DNA of 37,770 bases from Octopus bimaculoides (lineage: Eukaryota): NCBI RefSeq assembly GCF_001194135.2, contig NC_068998.1, forward strand, positions 12,504,345 to 12,542,114, read 5' to 3'. Position 1 is the stretch's first letter; the number at the start of each line of letters is the position of its first letter. A program made the translations under genes and the position numbers. Shown one piece after another: positions 13,111 through 23,917 of the stretch. The notes beneath the pieces are model-generated. The model searched no databases. It saw nothing but the letters and a program-made list of their open reading frames with translations, and was not told where the DNA came from.

Positions 13111-13317
13111 AATAATCCTTTCTACTGTTGGCACAAGGCCTGAAATTTAGTGGGAGGAGTAAGTCAATTACATTGACGTCAGTGCTGGACTGGTACTTAT
13201 TTTATCGACCCCGAAAGGATGAAAGGAACAGTCAAAACTCGGAGAAATTAGAACTTAGAACATAAAGAGAGAAGAAATTTGTTCGGTGAGCTAACGATTC
13301 TGCCAACTCGCTGCCTT
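13111..13317 (-). mobile_element. Family A SINE, near full-length with an internal deletion
   Basis: TTTCTAC..GGCACAAGGCCTGAAATTT..TGGTACTTATTTTATCGACCCCGAAAGGATGAAAGG..CTAACGATTCTGCCAACTCGCTGCCTT. Confidence 0.88.
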
Positions 13318-14020
13318 AACAACAACAAGAACAAGAACAACAACAACAACAACAAAAACAACAGCAGTGTTTTCACATTGATCCTCAGCTCTTTCACCAC
13401 ATATTAATTCTATAGAATCACAATACTGATTAAATTTATTGATTGCTTGTATGTCATCTACCTATTAGTTTTACAATAACTTATTGATCAAGTTACTGTA
13501 ATTTATCGATTGGCTTTACTGAAATCTCTTGATTGATTTTTTTTTCGTGTAATTTATCGATTAAGTTTTACATTAATATATGGATTAAATGTATCGTAAC
13601 TTATCGATTGTTTTCTACTGTAACAGCTCGATTTATATATTTGTTTTTGTTTTATTATATTTTGTTCGTTTATTATCACATCAAAGCATTTACAAATACC
13701 AGAGAATATGGTGAATTAAAGGTGATAAATAAACAACCTACCTCTCCTCCTAAACTATAACAAAACATTTAAAAAATAAACAGAAAACAATAAAAAATAT
13801 TCAAATATATATTTTAAAAACTATTATTGTTACTATAGACAGGAATTTCAAAGAATGCAGTACCACAACTTGAAATAGTCGAAATAGATGTTTATAACTA
13901 TTTAACCTGCTTTGACTTAAGACGTCAATTCCAGATGGAGTTGTAGGTACGTTGGTGTGCCTTCACCAGGTCGGGCCAAAGTCGATTTCTTACAGAGAAA
14001 AAATAGAGAAAGAAAAAAGG

Positions 14021-14136
14021 GATCGAATCCAGTACTGGAGTGATACTTTATTTATCAATCCTCGGGTGGTTGCAAGGCAATGCTGAACTCAGTAGGACTT
14101 GAAATCAAAGCGCAGAGAACTGGAACGGCAAGGTTA
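14021..14136 (-). mobile_element. Family A-like SINE, highly degenerate fragment
   Basis: GATCGAATCCAGTAC..GATACTTTATTTATCAATCCTCGG..GCAAGGCAA..GAACTCAGTAGGACTTGAA resembles the family A core. Confidence 0.45.
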
Positions 14137-14486
14137 TCTAGCACACTTCTATTTATTTGTAAGGCTTGGTAAAAAGCTTTGAAATTCCTAATTTTCTTTG
14201 AATCCGGTTGCCTACAAATCGTTATATTCTTGCTTATTTTCAACCTTTGCAGGACTATTTATAAAGAAATGATACACATCATACCAGAATATTGCAAGTG
14301 TAGGCAGAGGCGTAACCATGTTCTAAAGTAGTGGTTCCCAAATTGGGAAGTCCTGCTCTCTTGGGAGCGGTGGAAAGATCCAGGATTGCGTTGATGAAAA
14401 GTGGGATGATAATGGGGTGGCCAAAATGGGGTGATAGATGTAAAGAATGACTTGTGGAATCTAAGGCTATTGTTCATGAGAATCAT

Positions 14487-14703
14487 AAGGTGGTGATCTG
14501 GTAGAAACGCTAGCACGCCGGACAAAATACTTAGCGGCATTTTGTCTGTCTTTATTTTGAGTTCAAACTCCACCGAGGTCAACTTTGCCTTTCATCCTTC
14601 CGAGTCGATAAAATAAGTACCAGTCGAACACTGGAGTCGATGTAATGGACTTAGCCATTCTCCCGAAATTGCTAGCCTTGTGTCTAAATTTGAAACCATT
14701 ATT
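14487..14703 (+). mobile_element. Family A SINE, full-length
   Basis: AAGGTGGTGATCTGGTAGAAACGCTAGCACGCCG..GAGTTCAAACTCC..GCCTTTCATCCTTCCGAGTCGATAAAATAAGTACCAG..GCCTTGTGTC tail. Confidence 0.88.
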
Positions 14704-15443
14704 TCCGAAGGCCATTAGTCATCAACACAAGATGTGAAATAGAATAGCTTCTGAGAGTATCGAACATGTGGAACAGACTCATTGAGAATTTATCGATTGT
14801 CTATCGAACCCTCACACTGAACTCAAAGCCGAAACGATAAAATCAGGCATGTTTGCAACGCTCTCCAACAATGATACTGAACGTCTTGAAAGAAGATTCG
14901 TGCGTGCGTGCGCGCGCACATGTGTGTGTGATTTGAAAGTCAACGGTAAATGCATAATTATTTAACTAGTCATGGAGATGAAAAACGACATTGGCAGGCA
15001 GAGAGTGTATGAGAAAAGTAGAAAAGAAAGTAGAAAAGAAGGGAGACATTGAGAAAAAAAACATAAGTTGAGGGAGAGAGAGCGAGGGAGAGGGAGAGAG
15101 AGAGAGAAAGAGAAGGGGTGGGTTTTGAACTGTCTGGCCTCGATTTTTATACTCCTGCAACACCTGAAAGCGAAGCGGGTGGAAAGCCAGGTGTTAATAA
15201 AAAGTTTATTCATAGACGGCGCTGGAATATGAAAAGGTGAGAGTGCAGTAACATAGGTGATTTTGCAGGCGAGTCTGTGTGTGTACGCATATGCGCGCGT
15301 TTGTGTGCGTGTGCACGTGCGTGTGTGTGTGCAAATGCGCATGTACGTGTGTCTTTATTCGCACGTAATTTGTGATGCACGTTTCAGACATGTACGTTTA
15401 AACGAAATATTTACGTTTACATACATAGTTACAAATAGTTATA

Positions 15444-15615
15444 GTTTAGCACCAGGTGAGCTCGTTTCGAAGTAGATATATGGTTAAAGCATCCCAGCCA
15501 TGACCATCTCATCTTATTTTAGACAATATATAGGATTACATTCTGCAGTATATCCGTCCTTTTTTTGTAATCTGCTAAGATGTAGTTTTCGCAGTTATTT
15601 CTAACAGACCAACTA
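15444..15615 (-). mobile_element. Family D dispersed repeat
   Basis: GTTTAGCACCAGG..CATCCCAGCCATGACCATCTCATCTT..TAGGATTACATT..GCAGTTATTTCTAACAGACC. Its reverse complement resembles 18027-18185 and 18241-18400. Confidence 0.55.
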
Positions 15616-15650
15616 ACACGCTGTTACTCCTAACGGATCAACTAGTAAGT

Positions 15651-15652
<2 letters not shown>

Positions 15653-15713
<61 letters not shown>
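15653..15713. repeat. (GT)n microsatellite running into a gap
   Basis: Read directly from the sequence. Confidence 0.95.
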
Positions 15714-17039
15714 NNNNNNNNNNNNNNNNNNNNNNNNNNNNNNNNNNNNNNNNNNNNNNNNNNNNNNNNNNNNNNNNNNNNNNNNNNNNNNNNNNNNNNN
15801 NNNNNNNNNNNNNNNNNNNNNNNNNNNNNNNNNNNNNNNNNNNNNNNNNNNNNNNNNNNNNNNNNNNNNNNNNNNNNNNNNNNNNNNNNNNNNNNNNNNN
15901 NNNNNNNNNNNNNNNNNNNNNNNNNNNNNNNNNNNNNNNNNNNNNNNNNNNNNNNNNNNNNNNNNNNNNNNNNNNNNNNACATTTATTTATGCGTGTCTA
16001 AATATGTAGAAGGTGTTTAAATACAATAATGTTTCAATGATATACTGTCCATAGCCATAATTTTTACCGACACTGTATCTATGGATGGGTGTGGATACCT
16101 TGTTATTATGTACAACATCTGCATGAGCAGAAACTTCACCATGTTGTTAGTCTTTTCATATACAGTACATTTAAAAGCAAGAAAATTACTTGGGAATGGG
16201 GCGGGGGGGGGGAGATATCCAGAGTCGTCTATTGCACAAAAAGCTGAAAGTAAACTGAGCACTAACATAATTAATATAGTGACACAAGAAATTTTTAATT
16301 AATTCAGATTACACTCTTAGTAATGAGGAAAAAAATAATTATCTTAATAATTGATAATGATCTAGAACCTCTGCTTTTCCTAACCAGAATCATTTATTAA
16401 GCTAATTATTTTTATATCATTACTTACGAGGGCAACTTTAATTAATTATCATTTTTTTGGATTACTACTACATTATCTATGTTAGTGTCCACTTTGCAAA
16501 CTGCATGAAATATTGATTTCTAACTCAAGCACTAAGCCGTATACATATTATGAGATGTATCTTGACTAGTGTATTCATTTTTGTTGTTACAGTCACAGCA
16601 TTTCCGCCACTGTACCCTTCTGTCATCTTCATATATCGGTTGTATTTGGTAAGATTGTTGGAATTTCGAACAGAAACCCTCTACTAAATCCACAGGAGTC
16701 GATTACAACCAAGGTGAAGACACAACAAACCAAGAGAAAATAACAACCATAATGAGGGGACAATATCCTTGAAGAGGTAACAATGAAGATAGAAAGGCGT
16801 ATTCTCATATGGATGAAATGCAACCCTCTCTCTTTTACTTTCTTCATTTTTTTTTAGGTATACACACTAGTGAAGTACATATGTGGCTTAGAGTCATCAT
16901 TGGTTTAAAACTTCCCGACGGTTGTATTGAAAGTAATACAAAAGTTTGGATAATCTTTTTAGTAACTGATATAGGTCATTTCAACTGAGTAGTTCTTCTT
17001 TTACATTAACTCTTACTCATGTTTTTCATTGCAGGCAAA

Positions 17040-17437
17040 TAGAAGATTTCAAGCAGAAGTAACAAGCCCTCACTGATTTCTTAACGAAGGAAGTGGTCCA
17101 TGCTGTTCGATATTCACTGAAGGCTGCAAATTGTTTACGAAGAATAAACAAATTGGGCTTGTTAGTGGTTCTCCCATTCACCGTACAGACCTGATCAGGC
17201 ATCGCACTCTGCTTCCACAATGGTTTGATGACAATGACAAACTGAAAGTGCTGGGAAGAAGTTACTACAACGGTGCACAACTGTATTTGTTTCAAATAGG
17301 GTTCGAAAGTTGAGTTCAACGATGGCGCAAATGTATCGTCTGCAATAGAGCCTACGTTGAGGAGTACGGCAAATTCGTATTCCTTGTACAGAGGAAGAGT
17401 TACTCTACAAACATGTGCAATTTGAACGGCCTGTGTA
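17040..17437 (+). mobile_element. Decayed mariner transposase 3' fragment with probable right TIR
   Basis: INKLGLLVVLP, then frameshifted HSPYRPDQA (17175-17201; the HPPYSPDLAP motif), then FQIGFES*VQRWRKCIVCNRAYVEE (17314-17364). It ends in TTTGAACGGCCTGTG-TA (17421-17437), which resembles mariner termini. The 5' boundary is approximate. Confidence 0.75.
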
Positions 17438-18026
17438 ACTTAATAAAAAGGTTCTGCCCATTTTGTCATCACACTTGCGAGAACCCTCGTACACACATAC
17501 CTGGCATGTGTCACAAATTAAGATACATAACACGGTTTCAGATTTAGTCACACATCCACAAGTTCTTATAATTCTCCAATGAATTAATTTATCCTATTTT
17601 ATTTAGTTTTTTTTATCGATATCTAAACATATATTTCTTTAGGCAAATATACATTTTCCTGTATTACCATGGCGTTGTTATGGTGACAGTTTAGTTAGTC
17701 ATGCACAAATTGGAAACTGTGTAACGACAAAACGTAAACATTCTTAAATTCACTTTTTGTTATCGCTCACATGTTAGTTTGTCTTCAAGCAGTATTTCTT
17801 TCATCCTAAGATTTTAAGTTTTTCGTTCAATTGTATTTGGTGACAGAACGGAAATACAACTTTGATAACATTTGCATTCGTATTTCAAGGAAAGAGTTAG
17901 GTTTAGGCCCAGGGATCAATAAAATAGAATAAATACATACGCTGGAAGATGCACAAGAACCAGCAAACACATCAAATTAGCCAATGCGACAAGTGGGTCG
18001 AACCAAAAAGAGAATCTCTATGCATC

Positions 18027-18185
18027 ATTCGGTTGGCTAGAAATAGCAACCAAATCTCACTGTTATCTTTAAACAGCAAGAATATATGAGGTAATGTAGT
18101 CCTAGATATATTATATCTTAGAAATATATGGATTGGCTCCGGCTTGGATGGTTTTACTCATAGGTCTCACCGAACCTTTGGCCGC
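18027..18185 (+). mobile_element. Family D dispersed repeat
   Basis: CTAGAAATAGCAACCAAATCTC..GTAATGTAGTCCTAGATA..CATAGGTCT. Confidence 0.6.
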
Positions 18186-18240
18186 CAACTATATGAAAAA
18201 CTATTCCACCAAAAAACTATAGAAGCAAATTTATCTCTAT

Positions 18241-18400
18241 TCGGTAACTTAATCTGCTAAAAATAGCAGCCACATTTTCTTCAAATTACTCACCTCTTGA
18301 ATAGAAAGGACATTTTATAAGGTAGTCCGAAATAAACAATGCCTGAAAATAACAGAGAAGTCACAGCTTGTATGCTTTTTCCATAAGTCTGCCTAAACAG
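18241..18400 (+). mobile_element. Family D dispersed repeat, second adjacent copy
   Basis: CTAAAAATAGCAGCC..TCAAAT..AAAGGACATT..GTAGTCC..GTCACAGCTTG..CATAAGTCTGC. Confidence 0.55.
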
Positions 18401-18671
18401 TACCTCACCTCCCTACGAGCGAACGATGAAGCCTCTCTAACCAAGTCCCTTTAAAAACTACACTCCACTGCCTACGTTGCATAATGTCCTTCCAGATGTA
18501 CTACATCTGTGAAGAAAGGAGTGAATGATCAAACTGGAATGTCTTAGGGTTGACCTGAGGTTAAAGAAAACACAACGATGACAATGTGCTTCAATTGGGA
18601 TTTGGTGAATGTCGTTATATCACATTCAACCGACGGTCTTTATAAATATGAAACCAACTGTGTGTGTGTGC

Positions 18672-18685
<14 letters not shown>

Positions 18686-18734
<49 letters not shown>
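18686..18734. repeat. (GA)n microsatellite preceded by (GT)n
   Basis: Read directly from the sequence. Confidence 0.95.
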
Positions 18735-18737
<3 letters not shown>

Positions 18738-20530
18738 CAATACGTGAAATAATTTTTAAATATTATGGGAGAAATAAGGATGGTTTGAATATTTCGAACA
18801 ATTTTTTTCGTTTCACTTTTTTTTTATTTAGTTGTGTATGGGGAGAGTCATTCTCTTTTAGTGCCTTTAACACACTCACCGGTAAAATTTCCACTCATTT
18901 ACTTATTTATTTTTCTAAAATTTTCGTTGAGTCTTGCAACATTTTCAATAGATGTTGACTCCAAAAATGAAACTTTTTTATTTAGTTTTTCAAGTTTAAT
19001 TCATTTTTGTTTTGTGATGCTTAATTTTTGCCATGTTTTATTTTCAGCTCTGAACGAAGGTTTCTGATTGGTCACCTATTTTGTTGAAACGGGGCGTTGA
19101 AATATACTGCCAAGTAGTATTTAAGTGTTAAAGCTTGATTCATTGTGTTTTGTTCTGAGCTAGTAATGTGTAACTGAATAGCGAAATGAAAACAGGTATA
19201 TTGTCAGGGTGTAGCTTGTGTGGAATGTTCGGTATGAGATTGTTGAAGCGGGTGGCAGGACTGTCTCGGTGAATAGAGGCAATAAGTCTAACAAATAAAT
19301 CAGTTTTGGTGTTACCTGACCTCTCTCTCAGCTCATCCCAAATTCCCAAATAACTGACAACTTGTGTGAGTGTGTGGGTGTGGGCAAATGGCGATGAGAC
19401 TGGAAGGGTGTTATTGCAACTGCGCTTGCAACAGCTATAATTAATTAACCTACTACAGAGCTTCTGTGCCGTCATTCCACCTAATAGAAACAGTAGCCAA
19501 ATTACTCCATACCGTCATTGAATAAATATTGTCATTTATTGGCAGTATCTGTTTAAAAACAGTAGATGGTATAATCACGACTGGAACACTTTTGATCATA
19601 AGTATGTTTAATTGGGACAGACACAAGACTAAACAACAAAAGCAGCTTCAGAAATATTGCTCAGAACTATGAAACTGTATGGCTAATGCGCAGACGAGTG
19701 AAACTAATCTTCTACCACCATTTTCTACCACTCAGATACCGTGTTCAAACATTTAGACAAAACACTTAGCTTAATCTTCCATTCTCAGAGTAAAGAAGCC
19801 ATTTGAAACTGTCTTACAAAAATCAAGCGGTACAAGTTCAAGTTAAACCATGAAATCTATTAACCATTACTTAGCCTGGGAAGAAAGCTGTGGGCATTGT
19901 CCCTCTGCTTCTTTGTACGATATAATAAAAGCAGAACAACAGTTGTAGCGTCGACACCAAAGGGAAAATTAAAAAAGAATGTACTGCAAAAACAACAACA
20001 TTTTTACTTGTTAGAAGCAATAACCACATCAGGAAGTACATCAAAAGTAGCATCTGTTACAACAACAACAAAGTAATATAACGATGGTAACAGAGACCGT
20101 ATCGACAGCAACATAAGTGGTTGCATCCACAACAACAACAACAACAACAATAGAATAATAATTACATTAAAGTAACAACAACAACAATACCAGCTATTAA
20201 ACAACAACTACTACAGCTAGTAATGCTATTAATACTACTACTGCTGCTGTGTATAATCTGTTGATTTACTTAATGGAAGCCAACAATAATAGAAAATGAC
20301 TTGATTATTTTCCTGAACAAAAGAACAAGGGGCCATTATATCAACAAGCCTTGACTTGGTGAGCGACACTTGAGGCCCCTACAATAAAGGAGCGCTACGT
20401 TTACTGTACTCCCGCTCCAAGGAAGCATTTCCCTGCGTAAAGTGCTGTTGCATAAACGTTTCCCATAACAACACAGCTAACATCGTATACCGAATAATGG
20501 GGCCATTATACAAATGTCCACACACACACA

Positions 20531-20573
<43 letters not shown>

Positions 20574-20875
20574 CAATGCACAGCCACTGATTAATGTAAT
20601 TAAGTTTCCGTCATTTTCAAAAATTGCTCCATTAGATGGGCACGTTTATGTTTGTATGATCGCATGTGTGTGTTGTGCGCGCGCGCGTATGTATGTGTAC
20701 GTGTTTGTGTGAGTGTATGTACGTACACATTCATACACGTGCGTGTGTGAATGTGAGTATGTATACATTCATACACGCGTGTGTATGTGAGCTGGTTAAT
20801 GAGGTTTGCATATATACGTTGTGTATGCAAGTTTAAGGTCGTTTGTATCAGTCTAAAGACTGTGTGTGTGTTGCA

Positions 20876-20923
<48 letters not shown>

Positions 20924-20932
20924 TTGGTTTAG

Positions 20933-21090
20933 AGGTTAGTCGGTTACAACAACCCAAATACTCGACTGGTACTAATTTTATCGACATCCGAAAGAATGAA
21001 AAGCAAAGCCGACCTCGGTGGAATTTCAACTCAAAACATAAACGACGGACGAAACATCGCTAAGCATTTTTCTCAGCGTGCTAACCATTC
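20933..21090 (-). mobile_element. Family A SINE lacking the extreme 5' end of the head
   Basis: ACTGGTACTAATTTTATCGACATCCGAAAGAATGAAAAGCAAAGCCGACCTCGGTGGAATTTCAACTC..GCTAAGCATTT..GCTAACCATTC. It is cut by the next element. Confidence 0.85.
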
Positions 21091-21191
21091 TTATTTCTTT
21101 ATTGCCCACAAGGGGCTAAACATAGAGGGGACAAACAAGGACAGACAAATGGGTTAAGTCGATTATATCGACCCCAGTGCGTAACTGGTTC
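21091..21191 (-). mobile_element. SINE 3' end with the family A core but a different tail (variant A2), truncated by an assembly gap
   Basis: TTTCTTTATTGCCCACAAGGGGCTAAACATAGAGGGGACAAACAAGGACAGACAAATGGG tail, followed by the shared AGTCGATTATATCGACCCCAGTGCGTAACTGGT core. Confidence 0.75.
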
Positions 21192-21785
21192 NNNNNNNNN
21201 NNNNNNNNNNNNNNNNNNNNNNNNNNNNNNNNNNNNNNNNNNNNNNNNNNNNNNNNNNNNNNNNNNNNNNNNNNNNNNNNNNNNNNNNNNNNNNNNNNNN
21301 NNNNNNNNNNNNNNNNNNNNNNNNNNNNNNNNNNNNNNNNNNNNNNNNNNNNNNNNNNNNNNNNNNNNNNNNNNNNNNNNNNNNNNNNNNNNNNNNNNNN
21401 NNNNNNNNNNNNNNNNNNNNNNNNNNNNNNNNNNNNNNNNNNNNNNNNNNNNNNNNNNNNNNNNNNNNNNNNNNNNNNNNNNNNNNNNNNNNNNNNNNNN
21501 NNNNNNNNNNNNNNNNNNNNNNNNNNNNNNNNNNNNNNNNNNNNNNNNNNNNNNNNNNNNNNNNNNNNNNNNNNNNNNNNNNNNNNNNNNNNNNNNNNNN
21601 NNNNNNNNNNNNNNNNNNNNNNNNNNNNNNNNNNNNNNNNNNNNNNNNNNNNNNNNNNNNNNNNNNNNNNNNNNNNNNNNNNNNNNNNNNNNNNNNNNNN
21701 NNNNNNNNNNNNNNNNNNNNNNNNNNNNNNNNNNNNNNNNNNNNNNNNNNNNNNNNNNNNNNNNNNNNNNNNNNNNNNNNNNNNN

Positions 21786-21835
<50 letters not shown>

Positions 21836-21838
<3 letters not shown>

Positions 21839-21964
21839 GCGCACATATGGTTGTGATGCATGTGCCTGGTGTACCCTTATCAGACAGGTAGTCACGATGG
21901 GTATAATGGGCTTCGTATATTTTAACCCAGTGTCACTTTGATGGCATGCACTGTTCTCTCACTC

Positions 21965-22009
<45 letters not shown>
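21836..22009 (+). mobile_element. Probable 3' end of a non-LTR retroelement with an (AAT)n tail
   Basis: About 130 bp of GC-richer unique sequence ending ..GCATGCACTGTTCTCTCACTC, directly followed by (AAT)15 and preceded by another (AAT)n. I recall this sequence as a common octopus repeat, but that is not verified. Confidence 0.45.
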
Positions 22010-22167
22010 TTTTTATTGACCACAAGACAAAGGACGAAATTCAAGACATAAAGGTGATGTTTACATCGATCTAAAAAAAGATCAAGAACAAGGATACAAC
22101 AAAAGATATAACAGAATTTTAAAAAGTAAATCCTCCCCAAAACGGGGCAATACACCTAGCGTATAGT

Positions 22168-22374
22168 TTCTCATTTAGGTATAAAGCCAGTAATTCTGAG
22201 GGAAGGTATTAGTCGATAGCATAGACCCAGTACTTGTAGGGTGCTGTATTTTATTAACGCCGAAGGGATGAAAAATGATATTGACCGCGGCAGGATTTGG
22301 CTTCAGAATGTTCGGAACCGGAACAAACGCCGCAATGTATTTTCTTCGAGCGCTCTAACGATCCTGCTGGCTTG
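22168..22374 (-). mobile_element. Family A SINE, old full-length copy
   Basis: AGTCGATAGCATAGACCCAGTAC..CGAAGGGATGAAA..TTGACCGCGGCAGGATTTG..CTCTAACGATCCTGCTGGCTTG. Confidence 0.7.
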
Positions 22375-22774
22375 TACTCATGAGAGTTTGCCATCGGTAA
22401 GTCTTTAACTTTAGGCCACCACTATTCACCATGTAAAAATGTTATAAAACCATTAAGGAGCATAACTCCGTAATTCGAATTAAAGTAAAAATGTAAATGG
22501 GATGGACTCGAAGCAGTGTATGAGCATGATCTTAGGTATAAGTACGGTGATAACTTTGGACATGTTTCGTTCTGATTAGATCTCTTCAGTGAAGCGTGGT
22601 CTTACTCGTACACACCAGATATAAGCAACAACTCTGTTTTCAAGCAGCTCTGTCGATAATAAGTTATAGGAGAGTTTAAAAACCAAGTAAACTTGTTGAG
22701 GTGGAAATTACTCTAAAACTATATTACCTGACTCACTAGAGAAATATCTGGTGGCGTTAACAAAGAGAGGGAGA

Positions 22775-22830
22775 GCGGGGGAGAGAAAGAGAGAGAGGGC
22801 GGGGGAGAGAAAGAGAGAGAGGGCGGGGGG
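22775..22830. repeat. 24-bp purine-rich tandem repeat, about 2.4 copies
   Basis: GCGGGGGAGAGAAAGAGAGAGAGG at 22775 and 22799, plus a partial third copy. Confidence 0.8.
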
Positions 22831-22916
22831 AAGAGACAGATAAACAAAAAGAGAGAGAGAGAATTCTCACACAACTAACAATAATTTTCATGATTGAAGA
22901 AAAACCAAGAGTGAGT

Positions 22917-22919
<3 letters not shown>

Positions 22920-22970
<51 letters not shown>
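22920..22970. repeat. (GA)n microsatellite
   Basis: Read directly from the sequence. Confidence 0.95.
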
Positions 22971-22974
<4 letters not shown>

Positions 22975-23186
22975 GGGTGGGTAAGGAGAGCGAATGAGGA
23001 AGAAAGAAAGAAAGAAAGACGGAAGGAAGAAAGAAGGAGGGAAGGAAGGAAGGAAAGAAAGAAAATTAAACAAAAGAAAAGGATAAAACAAATGAAAAAT
23101 GAAAAATTAGGATTTGAGGTTTGTGTAAATGGATTGCTTTCAAAAATGATAGAAGATGTGGAAAATTACTCAGAAGAATCCGCTAG

Positions 23187-23320
23187 AGTAACCTACTCAA
23201 AATAACTGCCAAATCTCTCTCAAATCACTGCTAACATCTTTGGCAAGGAAGGGAGTCATTAACTCTACAATCTCTAAGGAGCACAAAATGGCTATAGGCG
23301 GGATGTCTTCCAACATAGGA
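23187..23320 (+). mobile_element. Family D dispersed repeat, degenerate
   Basis: AAAATAACTGCCAAATCTCTCTCAAATCAC..AAGGAAGG resembles the 5' part of the copies at 18027 and 18241. Confidence 0.45.
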
Positions 23321-23585
23321 CTATTCATGTACGGTTGATATGATACTAAAAAACAACAATAACTATGGCATGTCCAAAGTCCAGAAGGCACTGTTTCTAC
23401 GGCTATACATTTACACTTCACAAACCAAGTTACACTCACTCTTTTCTCTTTTAATTGCTAATATAAAACAGCAGTAAACCTCTTGTCAGAATCTGGTCCT
23501 CATACTGCCAAGCGACTAGCCCTGTTGGGGGGAAAGACCTGAACCTCTGATACTATACATTAATATATATATATATATATATATA

Positions 23586-23746
23586 GGCGCAGGCGTGGGT
23601 GTGTGGTAAGAAGCTAGCTTCCCAACCATATGGTTCCGTGTTCAGTCCCACTGCGTGGCACCTTGGGCGATTGTCTTCTACTATAGCCTTGGGCCGACCA
23701 AAACCTTGTGAGTGGATTTGGTAGACGGAAATTGAAAGCCGGTTGT
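23586..23746 (+). mobile_element. tRNA-derived SINE with a CORE-like central segment
   Basis: A-box-like TGGGTGTGTGGTAAG, B-box-like GTTCAGTCCC, then GCGTGGCACCTTGGGCGATTGTC, which resembles the CORE-SINE GTGACCTTGGGCAAGTC motif. It ends in a TA/GT microsatellite. Confidence 0.8.
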
Positions 23747-23803
23747 ATATATGTGTATATNNNNNNNNNNNNNNNNNNNNNNNNNNNNNNNNNNNNNNNN
23801 NNN

Positions 23804-23872
<69 letters not shown>

Positions 23873-23917
23873 ATATATACTACATATATGAGCATATGGT
23901 AGTGGTACTGGTGGCGA

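Noticed and set aside
14328-14350. hAT-like terminus (TAGTGGTTCCCAAATTGGG)
   Set aside because: It resembles CAGTGGTTCCCAA ends, but I found no matching opposite TIR or 8-bp TSD in the window.
16425-16440. TACGAGGGC as a left TIR for the mariner relic at 17040-17437
   Set aside because: It matches only a generic mariner start and not the reverse complement of the observed right end, and the intervening sequence shows no transposase similarity.
19064-19075. CCAAT-box-like CTGATTGGTC
   Set aside because: A single short motif with no associated gene start or other promoter evidence.
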